Below, piece after piece: positions 19,160 through 28,336 of a stretch of DNA of 64,000 nucleotides (within the stretch, counting starts at the first letter, position 1; each line of letters starts with the position of its first letter). Position numbers and translations under genes: made by a program. The stretch spans positions 124,001-188,000 of the IMG/VR virus record IMGVR_UViG_3300023296_000874. One strand, 5' to 3'. Under the pieces are notes generated by a model. It saw nothing but the letters and a program-made list of their open reading frames with translations, made no database searches and had not been told where the DNA came from.

Positions 19160-21897
19160 CAGACCCTCTGGCTACGTGAGTATTCTTGGAAGGCTCGGCC
19201 CATCATCCGCTTGATGTCATCAATGCCGTAGACGTTGCCGTGAACGTGGAAATGGAATCCGCCCGGTGCATTGCCGCCGCTGAGAGGCACAACAGCCTCA
19301 GGTCCCGCCTCACCAATGAGCGCCATCGTGGGGCGGTTGACAATGCCTCCCTCTGCCATGGGGTTAGCCAAAGCTGCCCAGTACGAATTGATTGCTGCTT
19401 GAGCAGCGTGCGCCTCGGGGGTGTCGTTGATGAGCCCCCTGTCGCCTGCGTACATGAAGGCCATCGAAGGGGTGTTCGCCTTCATCGCAAGAGGGTGCTG
19501 GTCTCTCCAAGACGCGAACATGGGGTCATCTGTCGTGACGTCGTCGAGCGTCCAGCCGCTTGCAGAAAGAGCAGCAAGAGCGGAGTCCCGAGCCGTGGTG
19601 CTCAGGTCGCCCATGTTGTGCGCGGCCTGCACTCTCTCTTCAGCCGCCGCCCGCGCCTCGGGTCCTCTGGTCGGGTTGATTGATCCGCCTACGCTCAGGG
19701 GTGCTCGAAGTGCGCCGGATTCGTGAGTGAGGGATCCACCAGGAGCTCCACCAGCAAGATTGTCTCGGCCCGTACCAAGCCTGGAGTCAACCGCTGTATC
19801 AACGCTACCGCTCGAGAAGCTCGATCCACCGCCGTATGCGTCAACGAAATTCTGGAAGTCAGTGTCGCCGTAACCCCTTACAGCCTCTTGCTCCTGCGCA
19901 ACATCTTGTCGCATCTGGAGCAGCCGTTCTTGACGCTGAGGGCTTGCGTCCTGGATCTCGTTGTCAATCTGACGCAGAACCTTGTCGTAGGCGTGTACGG
20001 CCTTCTGCTGGTCACTGCCGAAGGCGGATACCAGGATGTCGTACATGCCAACGAGTACGTCGTAGAGCTTGCTCTTGAGCCACTCGGTGATGTTCTTCAG
20101 TAGGATGTCGATCGAGGTGGTCTCGCGGAGCATTTCCTGCGCAAGTCGGATGTCCTCAGCTACCTCATTAGCCATGGGAGCCATCGATTTGTTGTGCATG
20201 TCCTCAATGGCTTCAGCAGCGCCGCCGTTCTCCTCAATGATGGCTGCCATGGCTGCGAGGTTGGTGTTCACCTCGTCCGTGGAGCTGCCCATAACGCCCA
20301 AGCTCTTGAGGAGCTCGGTGTTCTCAGCGTTCACATTGATCAGATCTGAGTAGTTCAGGTCGTCCACGCTCTTGCCGAGCACCTTCGCTACCGCAGCCAT
20401 GCGGGTCTCAAGGTTGGCTGCCTCACCGAGGAGTCCGCCTTCGAAGAGGTGCATCTGCTCCAACAGGCCACCGTTCAGAGCTTCTTCAATCTGCTTCCGT
20501 TCCATCTCAAGGCGACGTCGGAGGGTGGGGTCAAGTCCGCCGTCTGCCAGGCGTCCTTCTACACGCTCCAACTCGTTGCGTGCGATCCGAATGGCCTCTG
20601 CCTCACCAACCCAGGCAAGCACTGTCCGGGCGTTCTGCTCGTCGAGCTTGCCCATGATGCTTGCCGCTGCCGTAGCCGCCTGCTCAAGCCCGAGCGGGCC
20701 GGAGCGTACAATGTCAGCGAGGATGTCGGACTGAGCAGCGAGGGATCCGTTCATCAGGCCGAGCTGAGTGTTGAGGCTCTGTACCTTGCCGAAGAACACT
20801 CCGGCACTGATCCCGGCTCGCTGGGCTCCTTGATCAATGGCTGCGAGTGAGTCGCGCGCCTGTCCGAAGGAGTAGCCCAAGTTGAGCATGATGTCGCCCA
20901 TGAAGGAGCCAATGTCCCCCACGCTGGTCTTGAACTGCGTCGAGTAGGTGCGGGTCGTGTCAACGATGTCCCGTGCGGTGTTGCCCACGCCCTGTACGTC
21001 ACGCCCAAGCTGACGGTTCACCTTGCCCAAGGTGACGCCAGATGCGGTGAGTGCGTTCATAGCCTCGTAGGCTTCCTCAGTCGACATGCGCCACTTGAAG
21101 TTCGTCTGGATGTTCTCCATGAACTCCTTCCGAAGAACCTTCACTCCCTCCCCCACGTCGAGGAAGCCCGCACCCATCAGGTCGGTAGCTGAGATGGACT
21201 GCGTCATCTGAGTGTTCAGCGCCTTCATCTCACGCTGAATCTCCAGCGCCTTCTTGGCAAGCACTCCCAGCGCGGCCACGGCTCCCATGACAACGCCAGC
21301 CATACCTGCGAACTTGCCGAGCTTTCCAATGGCTCCACCGGCCTTGCCCATCAGCTCACCGGCCTTGCCTCCTACCTTGGTGCTGCCCTTTGAAAGAGCG
21401 CCGCCCAACTGCTCAGCCCGGTCCTTGAATTGCCCGCCACGCTTGCCACCACCGCCACCACCGCCACCACTGTCGCGAGATGCACGCTTCTCGAGCTTGA
21501 TGCGCTCCTTGAGGCCGTCAAGTTCCTGGTCGATGATCTGCTGAGTGGCTTTGGCGCGGTCCTCGAAGTTGTCTGACTGGATCTTGGCGATGCGGTCAAC
21601 CGCCTTCTTCATCGCCTTGATGTAGCCCTTGGAACCCTTCTGAGCAGCGTCCTGAATGTCGTCACCGAAGTTGCCCGCTGCACGCTTGAACATGCCATCG
21701 AACTCACGTGAGAGGTGCTCGGCTGTGGCATCACCAACCTTGTTGACCTCCTTCATGTGCTTCTTGAGTTCCTTGCTCGCCTCACGATAGCTCTGACGCC
21801 AGAACGCTCCACCGAACACTTCCTCCTGCGCCTTTTGGACGCGGCGGTAAGCGGCTGAGTTCAGCGCAAGTTCGATTTCGTGGCGTGTCTTAGGCAT
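19159..21897 (-). CDS. Tape measure protein
   Basis: 912 aa, helical and rich in A/G/E/K. The C-terminal MAEGGIVNRPTMALIGEAGPEAVVPL is a typical TMP motif. Confidence 0.85.
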   Translation of the reverse strand: MPKTRHEIELALNSAAYRRVQKAQEEVFGGAFWRQSYREASKELKKHMKEVNKVGDATAEHLSREFDGMFKRAAGNFGDDIQDAAQKGSKGYIKAMKKAVDRIAKIQSDNFEDRAKATQQIIDQELDGLKERIKLEKRASRDSGGGGGGGGKRGGQFKDRAEQLGGALSKGSTKVGGKAGELMGKAGGAIGKLGKFAGMAGVVMGAVAALGVLAKKALEIQREMKALNTQMTQSISATDLMGAGFLDVGEGVKVLRKEFMENIQTNFKWRMSTEEAYEAMNALTASGVTLGKVNRQLGRDVQGVGNTARDIVDTTRTYSTQFKTSVGDIGSFMGDIMLNLGYSFGQARDSLAAIDQGAQRAGISAGVFFGKVQSLNTQLGLMNGSLAAQSDILADIVRSGPLGLEQAATAAASIMGKLDEQNARTVLAWVGEAEAIRIARNELERVEGRLADGGLDPTLRRRLEMERKQIEEALNGGLLEQMHLFEGGLLGEAANLETRMAAVAKVLGKSVDDLNYSDLINVNAENTELLKSLGVMGSSTDEVNTNLAAMAAIIEENGGAAEAIEDMHNKSMAPMANEVAEDIRLAQEMLRETTSIDILLKNITEWLKSKLYDVLVGMYDILVSAFGSDQQKAVHAYDKVLRQIDNEIQDASPQRQERLLQMRQDVAQEQEAVRGYGDTDFQNFVDAYGGGSSFSSGSVDTAVDSRLGTGRDNLAGGAPGGSLTHESGALRAPLSVGGSINPTRGPEARAAAEERVQAAHNMGDLSTTARDSALAALSASGWTLDDVTTDDPMFASWRDQHPLAMKANTPSMAFMYAGDRGLINDTPEAHAAQAAINSYWAALANPMAEGGIVNRPTMALIGEAGPEAVVPLSGGNAPGGFHFHVHGNVYGIDDIKRMMGRAFQEYSRSQRV

Positions 21898-21902
21898 CTA
21901 TC

Positions 21903-23483
21903 TCACTTCTTCGCTTTCTTGTTGGTGAATGAGGTCTCGCTACCGGCGAAGAAGTCATCCTCCCCCGGTACTTCAGTGTAGGTGGTTCCTGTCTTCCTCA
22001 CGCTTACTCGTTTGCCCTGAACGCGTCTTCCTTGCTCTCGTTGCTGCTCAGGTCCGTAGTTGTGGCGTGTCAACCGCTTGCTCGGTCCACCGTGCGAGAT
22101 GTCTCCACCTTTCTGAGACACTCCACCCGCATTCGCATACACAGGCACTCGATCCCCGTTGGGGAGCTCCTTCCAACCCGTTTGCTTGCCCCGTCCGCGC
22201 TGAGTCGGGGCCGTGTCAGGCCCCCTGGCGGCTTGCGGCGGTGTGGGCGGTTGGTTGCCCGGAGTAGGAATGCGCGTGTTCCTGGCGGGCCTACGGCTTA
22301 CCTCTGGTGCAGGCTGACGTCCAGTGGGTCCCTGTGGTCCGGTTGCCAGGTCGAGACGGTCAGGCGGTCGTCCATCTTCACGAGCAGCCATACGCTCCTC
22401 AAGGGCGGCGAGCTCTTGGAGCTCACCCGCAATCTCATCCCGGTCTTGCTTGTACGCCTTCGCGCGCTCGTACCGGCCTTCGCGGGCGCGGCGGGAGAAG
22501 TCCAGGGATTCCTGAGCCTGACGCTTGCGCATATCGTCTACTTGGTCCTTGGTGAATACCTTCACGAATCCATCTCCGTTTGCGATCTGCGCTGCGAGCT
22601 CCTCGTCAGTGAGGTCCTCGCGTTCGGTGCGAGCGGCGTCAATACTTTCCATTCTAATAGCAGCCATCTGCGCTTCGCGTTGTTCACGGCGCTTGCGCAA
22701 GGAAGTCTCGTACTGCGAGATGATCTTGTCGTGAAGGTCCTGCTTGCCCGTGATGTCGGACTCAAGCTGAGCACGGAGATCAACGACGGTCCTACGCTCA
22801 ATGCGCTGAGGCCCTTCGTACTCCTGTCCCAGTCTGACGCGCTCACGCTCTTCCATCAACCGCTTGAGGCGTGCCGCGTCTCGGGTCTCAATCTTCTTGA
22901 CACCCTTGGAGTTGGCTGCCGAGGCAACGAACTTGGCGAACCCCCAGAGCATCTCAGCTTCGGTCCGGTTGTCTTCTTCCCCGTTGAGGTAGGCCCAAGC
23001 AATCTGATGTGAGTTGAGGCCCAGACTCTGCGTCCCCGCAATGCCTGTGAGCATGGGGTCGTTGATGCTTCTGCCCTTGTAGCTCCCCCACATGGATCGG
23101 GAGCTGGCCTCATAGCTGAAGGCTTCCAGACGCATCAAGGCGAAGTCCTGGGCCTTCTGAAGAACCAGTACTTCGCCCATGAGTTCGGCGCGCAGGTTTT
23201 GAGGTACTTCCCGCATTTCGGCTACAAGCTCGGACAGGTTGCCGGGGCGTCCGGCAATGACGTTCTCACCCTCAAGTAGGTACAGAGCGTAGGCCAGGAT
23301 CAACGCCTCGAAGATCTCCTCGTACTCTGGACTGCTCTTGAGTGGTGTGCGCTCACGAATAGCGTCCAACTCCCTGGGATTCAGGGACTTGACGACGAGA
23401 TACACGTCACCGAGCTGTACCTTTGTGGAGAGGAACCCACGGAAAATCAGCTCTTCGACGTCCTTGTGACGCCGTTCGCTCAC
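21903..23483 (-). CDS. Tail assembly chaperone-like protein with long disordered C-terminus
   Basis: 526 aa, directly upstream of TMP. The N-terminus resembles that of the 23480-24244 product. Confidence 0.55.
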   Translation of the reverse strand: MSERRHKDVEELIFRGFLSTKVQLGDVYLVVKSLNPRELDAIRERTPLKSSPEYEEIFEALILAYALYLLEGENVIAGRPGNLSELVAEMREVPQNLRAELMGEVLVLQKAQDFALMRLEAFSYEASSRSMWGSYKGRSINDPMLTGIAGTQSLGLNSHQIAWAYLNGEEDNRTEAEMLWGFAKFVASAANSKGVKKIETRDAARLKRLMEERERVRLGQEYEGPQRIERRTVVDLRAQLESDITGKQDLHDKIISQYETSLRKRREQREAQMAAIRMESIDAARTEREDLTDEELAAQIANGDGFVKVFTKDQVDDMRKRQAQESLDFSRRAREGRYERAKAYKQDRDEIAGELQELAALEERMAAREDGRPPDRLDLATGPQGPTGRQPAPEVSRRPARNTRIPTPGNQPPTPPQAARGPDTAPTQRGRGKQTGWKELPNGDRVPVYANAGGVSQKGGDISHGGPSKRLTRHNYGPEQQREQGRRVQGKRVSVRKTGTTYTEVPGEDDFFAGSETSFTNKKAKK

Positions 23484-24244
23484 TTCCGAATGCTCTGCGG
23501 TGCCTCGTCAACAACCTCCGGCTCGGGAGCCAAGGGGACGGGGTATACCTCAGGATTCTCCTCACGCTCACGGGCAAGCTGCTCGTCAACGGGATGTACT
23601 TCTTCGGCGGGCTCAGGAGCAGGAGCAAGGGCTTCCTCACGCAACCGGATGGCGCGGAGAAGAGCGTCGCTGCTTGGGTTGTCCAGCGTACCACCGCCGA
23701 ACACTCGTACAAGCTCATCGTCGAGCTTGACGTCACGTTGCTGCGCCTGCTGCACAAGGTCGCGGAGCTCGTCAGATAGCGCCTGCACCTTCATCTGAAG
23801 GGAGGTGTCGCCAAGCTCAACCTTGATGGTCTTGGAGAGGCTCTTGTCGATGTCGTCCATCAACTGCGCGTAGCGGGCGAACAGGGTGTCGATCACTACG
23901 TCGGGCCACGAGTCTACAATCTCACGCATGAAGATCGCACGGGGCAGCTTGATGGGCTTGCCGTTGCCGAGTACCTCCCCCGTTTCAATGTGGGTGAGGT
24001 TGCGTAGGTCGATGGGCTCACCTTCCGCTGGCTGGATCCACTTGATCGCATACGCGAGGGATTCGAGCTTGGTGTAGTGGCCGAGGCTCTTGCCGAGGTG
24101 TTCCCGTAGGTAGTCGGCAATCGCTTTGTCATCCGCCCCAGTCAGGGAGGAGATCACAACCAACATTCCATCGGGGAGCTGAAGAGGCTCGGTTTCCCGG
24201 TAGTTGGCGTTCTTGAGCTTTCTCAGCTTCGTCGCGATAGACAT
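23480..24244 (-). CDS. Tail assembly chaperone-like protein
   Basis: 254 aa, between tube and TMP, with an ATGA overlap to the next gene. Confidence 0.55.
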   Translation of the reverse strand: MSIATKLRKLKNANYRETEPLQLPDGMLVVISSLTGADDKAIADYLREHLGKSLGHYTKLESLAYAIKWIQPAEGEPIDLRNLTHIETGEVLGNGKPIKLPRAIFMREIVDSWPDVVIDTLFARYAQLMDDIDKSLSKTIKVELGDTSLQMKVQALSDELRDLVQQAQQRDVKLDDELVRVFGGGTLDNPSSDALLRAIRLREEALAPAPEPAEEVHPVDEQLAREREENPEVYPVPLAPEPEVVDEAPQSIRK

Positions 24245-24432
24245 GGTCTACTCCTATGCCGCGACGAGGACGAGTAGATCAGGGGTTCCGGCAATGCCGG
24301 GATGTGGGTCTGATACTCATCTTCGTTCGTGTTTGGATTTGATTTACTCTGGTCAAACCAGAGGACGCACTACGTGAGATGGTTTAGTTCTGATCTGATC
24401 TGCGATTCTTTGTATCTGATTTGACGAACCGT

Positions 24433-24466
24433 GCGGCATCCTACTTCCTAAGAAGTAGGATGCCGC
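24433..24466. terminator. Perfect 15-bp hairpin downstream of tail tube gene
   Basis: gcggcatcctacttc-ctaa-gaagtaggatgccgc. Confidence 0.75.
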
Positions 24467-24472
24467 TCAGGA

Positions 24473-25144
24473 TCATGCGAGGGGGAAGCGGTCGGAGCCG
24501 AGCTGGTCAGCGAACGGGTTGTTGCCGCTGTCGAGGAACTCGCCGTACTCACCGTCGAAGTTGGGATCGAGGATGTCGCTCACCATGATGCTCACGCTCT
24601 CCGCTACTGCGGTTCCCTCGGAAGGGAAGTCAGCCGAGTAGTCGTTCATCCAGCAAGCCTCGTAGAGGGTCACCAGAGCAAACAGCCCGGAGTCAGCATG
24701 TGAGGTAGCAGCAGAGAACTGAAGCTCGGCGGGTCCGAGGTGGTTCGTGGTCGGGAACTCTTGGTTCACGAGCTCACTGAACACGATCTCCTGCTTGATG
24801 TCGAAGGGCCAGCGGTGGTGCTTCAAGGAGCGCACCATTCCGTCAATGCCACCTGCGTAACCGAACACCTGGAAGATGTTGGCCAGGTAGAGCATCGTGC
24901 GCTCCACCGAGAGGGTGACGGGGTCGGTGGCGCTCGGGATGAGCTCCGCAACCTGGTCTCCGTAGCCAACGCCCCGGATTGGGTCAACGGCTCGGGATTC
25001 CGACATGGAGAAGTTGGTCATCACGCCGATCTGAACCATCTGGTTCTGAGCCACAGCGGGTGCCCAAATCTTGTTCTTGGAGCTTACGACGGCCCGTGTG
25101 TTGGGCGTCGCGCCTTCGCGGTATACATAGGAGGTGGTCTGCAT
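24473..25144 (-). CDS. Tail tube protein
   Basis: 223 aa. QIGVMTNFSMSESRAVDPIRGVGYGDQVAELIP...LSVERTMLY and TLYEACWMNDYS fit the tube fold. Lies between sheath and chaperones. Confidence 0.85.
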   Translation of the reverse strand: MQTTSYVYREGATPNTRAVVSSKNKIWAPAVAQNQMVQIGVMTNFSMSESRAVDPIRGVGYGDQVAELIPSATDPVTLSVERTMLYLANIFQVFGYAGGIDGMVRSLKHHRWPFDIKQEIVFSELVNQEFPTTNHLGPAELQFSAATSHADSGLFALVTLYEACWMNDYSADFPSEGTAVAESVSIMVSDILDPNFDGEYGEFLDSGNNPFADQLGSDRFPLA

Positions 25145-25228
25145 GAGCTACGCCTCACGGGTCTTTGAGGTTGATGTGATCTGATGTGAGCGTGCTTGTA
25201 TGTATCAGTCCCAGTATAGGACGGGAGA

Positions 25229-25252
25229 GATCAGACCCATAGGGGTCTGATC
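25229..25252. terminator. Hairpin downstream of 25329-25994
   Basis: gatcagaccc-atag-gggtctgatc. Confidence 0.6.
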
Positions 25253-25328
25253 ATCTCTCAAGGAAACGCAGCTCTTCAGGGTCAACGTCTTCCATGCCGT
25301 CCTCCTCGGTACCCGAGGAGTTGCCGCC

Positions 25329-25994
25329 TCAGGCAGCTACAGCAGAAGCGTTCACAGCCTTGACGGATGCGTGCATCTCCATCACCTTGGAGCCAACAGC
25401 CGAAAGCGCGTCGCCGGTCGTCTCGTCGGAGAAGTCAGCGGTCGCAACCACGGAGGCAAGAGCCTTCATGTGCGCGGCAATGGCAGTACGGGCACCGCTT
25501 GAGCGGGACGCCTTCTTGGCCTGCTTGGCAGCAACCTCGTAGCCTTCAATGGCCGAAACCACCTCAGATACGCGGTCAAGGATGTAGGAAACGTGCTGCT
25601 GGTTGTGGTCAGCGTAGACGTTGGTGTGGTCATCCAGAGCGCCCATGGGCACCTCTGCATCACCGGCAACGAGTCCGTCGTCCATGTAGAGGCCCATTGC
25701 CTCTTCCACGCCGCCGAAGTCTTCTACGCCCATACCAACGGGCTCCTCAAGGGCGTCTTCGACGGTCTCCTCGAGCATTCCCACTTCGGGCTGAAGCGGC
25801 TGTGCGGGCTGATGGTCTTCGTCCATACCCCAAAGGCCGTCATCCATGAACGACTCGTAGTCATCCATGGCAACGTCGATGTCGGTGAACAGCTCAGCCT
25901 GACGGGGGGTGGATGCGGTCTTCAGCTCGGAACGCATGGCAGTGATCGCCTGACGAATCTCTGCCGCCTTCTGGTGTCGGATCTGACGGTTCAT
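25329..25994 (-). CDS. Hypothetical late protein (acidic core, helical ends), possible virion internal protein
   Basis: 221 aa. It has its own promoter motif and RBS, and contains ELKTAS. Confidence 0.7.
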   Translation of the reverse strand: MNRQIRHQKAAEIRQAITAMRSELKTASTPRQAELFTDIDVAMDDYESFMDDGLWGMDEDHQPAQPLQPEVGMLEETVEDALEEPVGMGVEDFGGVEEAMGLYMDDGLVAGDAEVPMGALDDHTNVYADHNQQHVSYILDRVSEVVSAIEGYEVAAKQAKKASRSSGARTAIAAHMKALASVVATADFSDETTGDALSAVGSKVMEMHASVKAVNASAVAA

Positions 25995-26000
25995 TACGTG

Positions 26001-26065
26001 TCTCCAGGGTTGGGGATAGATCCAGTCAGGCGCATTGAAGCGCCTTTGACTCGATCCCCTGGAGA
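26001..26065 (-). promoter_or_regulatory. Structured 5' leader hairpin sequestering the RBS of 25329-25994
   Basis: On the minus strand: tctccaggg...agtca..aggcgc-ttcaat-gcgcct.gact...ccctggaga. The GGAGA Shine-Dalgarno sits in the 3' arm. Confidence 0.55.
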
Positions 26066-26080
26066 TACAAATGGAATATG
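26066..26080 (-). promoter_or_regulatory. Candidate late promoter motif, copy 2 (CATATTCCATTTGTA)
   Basis: Consensus match upstream of ATG 25994. Confidence 0.7.
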
Positions 26081-26101
26081 ACGGCGTCTGCCGCAGGAAA
26101 C

Positions 26102-27007
26102 TCAGGCCCTCAGGAAGCTCAGCCCCTCGCGGTACTCGAGGCTCCGGAGCCGGTTGGCTACCTCTTGGTACTCAGGCAGTGTGAAGGTTCGCGGCTCCTG
26201 AAACTCTTGCCAGTTGTCATCCATGCGGTCGATGGGGAGGCACACGGGAGCGGTGTGAGGCCCCCACTCGGAGTCGAGCTCACGGCGGTGGTCGGTGGCG
26301 AAGTACTCGTCGGTTTCCTCGTTGCGCGGGCGGCGCTTGTTGTACTTCGCCCACTGCTCAGGGTCCCCTTGGAAGAGCATCATCTGCCAGCCGCAGTTGT
26401 AGAACTGGATGATGTAGACGTCCTTCTGCTCTCCCCAATCAAAGGGGAAGAAGAAGGCTGCGGCCTCACGGTCCCGCCCGTTGATGATGTAGATGTTGGA
26501 GCACTCCCCAATCTTGAGGCGGCGATTGATCACTTCCCAGGCCATCTGCGCCGGGTGAACCATCATGCTCTCGTGCTTGTAGCGATGCGGTCCGGATTGG
26601 GTGGCGGGAACCCAGGGCTGCTTGTCCTCGAAGAGCATTCCGGTGCTGTAGCCGCGTCCCACTCGGGTGTACATCGGCTTGTCGTCATCATCGGTCTCAG
26701 GCCAGCGGAACAAGCCCTTCTCCCGCTCTTCAGCGGTGCCTACCTCGAGGATGCCGTAGCACGGGTGTTGGATGTGAAGCTCACCGCTGTAGATCTTTTC
26801 GCCTTCAGGTCCGTACTCGAACCCCCTGTCGTCATCACGCTTCGCCTGGAAGCGGAGGTCGTGGCAGCCACGGTTGCAGAACCACTTCACAGCCTCGAGG
26901 AACGCCTCGGCCTTGGTGAACGCCTTGGCGATGTCCGCAGCCCACAGAGCTCCGGCAGCGGCGTCATCAGGATAGTCGATATCGATTCGCGGTGTCTCTT
27001 TGGGCAT
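26102..27007 (-). CDS. Hypothetical protein
   Basis: 301 aa, aromatic-rich globular-looking ORF with GGA RBS. No recognised family. Confidence 0.75.
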   Translation of the reverse strand: MPKETPRIDIDYPDDAAAGALWAADIAKAFTKAEAFLEAVKWFCNRGCHDLRFQAKRDDDRGFEYGPEGEKIYSGELHIQHPCYGILEVGTAEEREKGLFRWPETDDDDKPMYTRVGRGYSTGMLFEDKQPWVPATQSGPHRYKHESMMVHPAQMAWEVINRRLKIGECSNIYIINGRDREAAAFFFPFDWGEQKDVYIIQFYNCGWQMMLFQGDPEQWAKYNKRRPRNEETDEYFATDHRRELDSEWGPHTAPVCLPIDRMDDNWQEFQEPRTFTLPEYQEVANRLRSLEYREGLSFLRA

Positions 27008-27060
27008 GACTGTTCCATCCTTCGGCGGTAGACTGCTCTTATACTGGAGGAACGATCCCT

Positions 27061-27579
27061 ATGCCTGACAACTCAGAGCCCATCTCAAAGCTCGACCTGC
27101 TCTTCGATGATGGTGACATCGACAACGCCACCCTGCTACAGAGGTTCAAGTGGAACGTTCTGGAAGACGGTCAATGGGACTTCAGTAACGGTGTCCATAC
27201 CGCGAAGGGTCACTTCATCACGGTCACCTACTCTGGAGCCCACAAGGGTAGCCCAGCCGACCACAGCCTCAGGCTCGGTGACGTGCTCGGCATACGCAAG
27301 GGGAGATGTTGGCGTGTCAAGGCCAGCCGTATGCCAGGCAAGTTTGACAGCTACGGCATTGCCCTTGGGTGGTACGACGACAGTGACGCCGCACTGGTGC
27401 TTGTGTCGGGCCGCATCAACAACATCGGGTCCAACTGGGAAGCTGGGGACCGTCTGTACCTACCCTTCTACGGCTTCGGCGGGCCGGACCAGACCAACGG
27501 GAACCGTAGTGACACGTTCCCCATCGGCATTGCTGTTGGGCCGAAGGACATGCTGTTCGTGCCGCGTTTGGACGTTTAA
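27061..27579 (+). CDS. Hypothetical protein, possibly capsid decoration/cement-like beta fold
   Basis: 172 aa with GGAGG RBS. The segment WEAGDRLYL...IGIAVGPKDMLF resembles virion cement/fibre domains. Confidence 0.55.
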   Translation: MPDNSEPISKLDLLFDDGDIDNATLLQRFKWNVLEDGQWDFSNGVHTAKGHFITVTYSGAHKGSPADHSLRLGDVLGIRKGRCWRVKASRMPGKFDSYGIALGWYDDSDAALVLVSGRINNIGSNWEAGDRLYLPFYGFGGPDQTNGNRSDTFPIGIAVGPKDMLFVPRLDV

Positions 27580-27810
27580 GCGGTATGACAGTAACTTACT
27601 AAGGCTAAGTGTACGGCATTGGCAAGGCACACAGGTACGGGAAACTGGAGGGGTTTGGGCCTCTCTGCCGCTTGCTAAGAGAAGTCCGGGTGGAGGCGCC
27701 TCCAACACCCTCAGCCCACCCCTCTTGAGTAACTCGTGGGGAGCGCCTGAGTCCAACCTTACCTAATGTACCTTAATACATTGGGTACGGTTACTGACAG
27801 CAAGACCAAG

Positions 27811-27841
27811 CGAGCCCTCCTGAGTAACTCAGGAGGGCTCG
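27811..27841. terminator. Perfect 14-bp hairpin between convergent genes
   Basis: cgagccctcctgag-taa-ctcaggagggctcg. Confidence 0.75.
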
Positions 27842-27873
27842 TTCAGTCTTAACTCTTAGCACAAACAGGCTGG

Positions 27874-28098
27874 CTACCAGTACCACCGGTCTTGGTGTTC
27901 GGGTGGGCAGTCGTCCAACCACCCATCATCCTCATCCCACTCGGGTGCGTCAAAGGGTGGGTAGTCGAATATGGAGTCTCCTATGTACTCCCAGTACTCA
28001 TCCCACTCAAAAGGCAGCCAGGTGCTCAAGCCGTCATCAACCATGCTCACACTCCGTGTCTCAACAACGGAGTAAACAAGCGTGGTCTCAGAGTACAT
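27874..28098 (-). CDS. Small Trp/Asp/Glu-rich protein
   Basis: GGAGG before ATG 28098. 74 aa, MYSETTLVYS...WDEYWEY...WDEDDGWLDD...RWYW. Confidence 0.5.
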   Translation of the reverse strand: MYSETTLVYSVVETRSVSMVDDGLSTWLPFEWDEYWEYIGDSIFDYPPFDAPEWDEDDGWLDDCPPEHQDRWYW

Positions 28099-28141
28099 CA
28101 GCCACCCTCCAACACTTTCCCAGTTGGCGGTGCCATTTGTA

Positions 28142-28336
28142 TCAGTACCTTCGCTGCCGCTTTCGCTGAAGTCTTTCGGTATGCTGACGCATCTGATCAT
28201 AGAACGCGCGGTGGAGACGGTCGAGCTTGTCCTCGATAGAGTCCACCCGGTCCTCAACCGACCGCGCTGCACTCTTGTCCAGCGAGGCTGCAATCCGATC
28301 AGCGAGATCGGATATGCGGTTTTGGATACCGTCCAT
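28142..28336 (-). CDS. Small helical late protein
   Basis: 64 aa, start overlaps the sheath stop. Contains RISDLADRIAAS. Confidence 0.7.
   Translation of the reverse strand: MDGIQNRISDLADRIAASLDKSAARSVEDRVDSIEDKLDRLHRAFYDQMRQHTERLQRKRQRRY

Noticed and set aside
24245-24432. Short ATCAG/TCTGA iterations in the tube-chaperone intergenic region as CRISPR or iteron array
   Set aside because: Only a few pentamers, with no regular repeat-spacer period and no cas genes.
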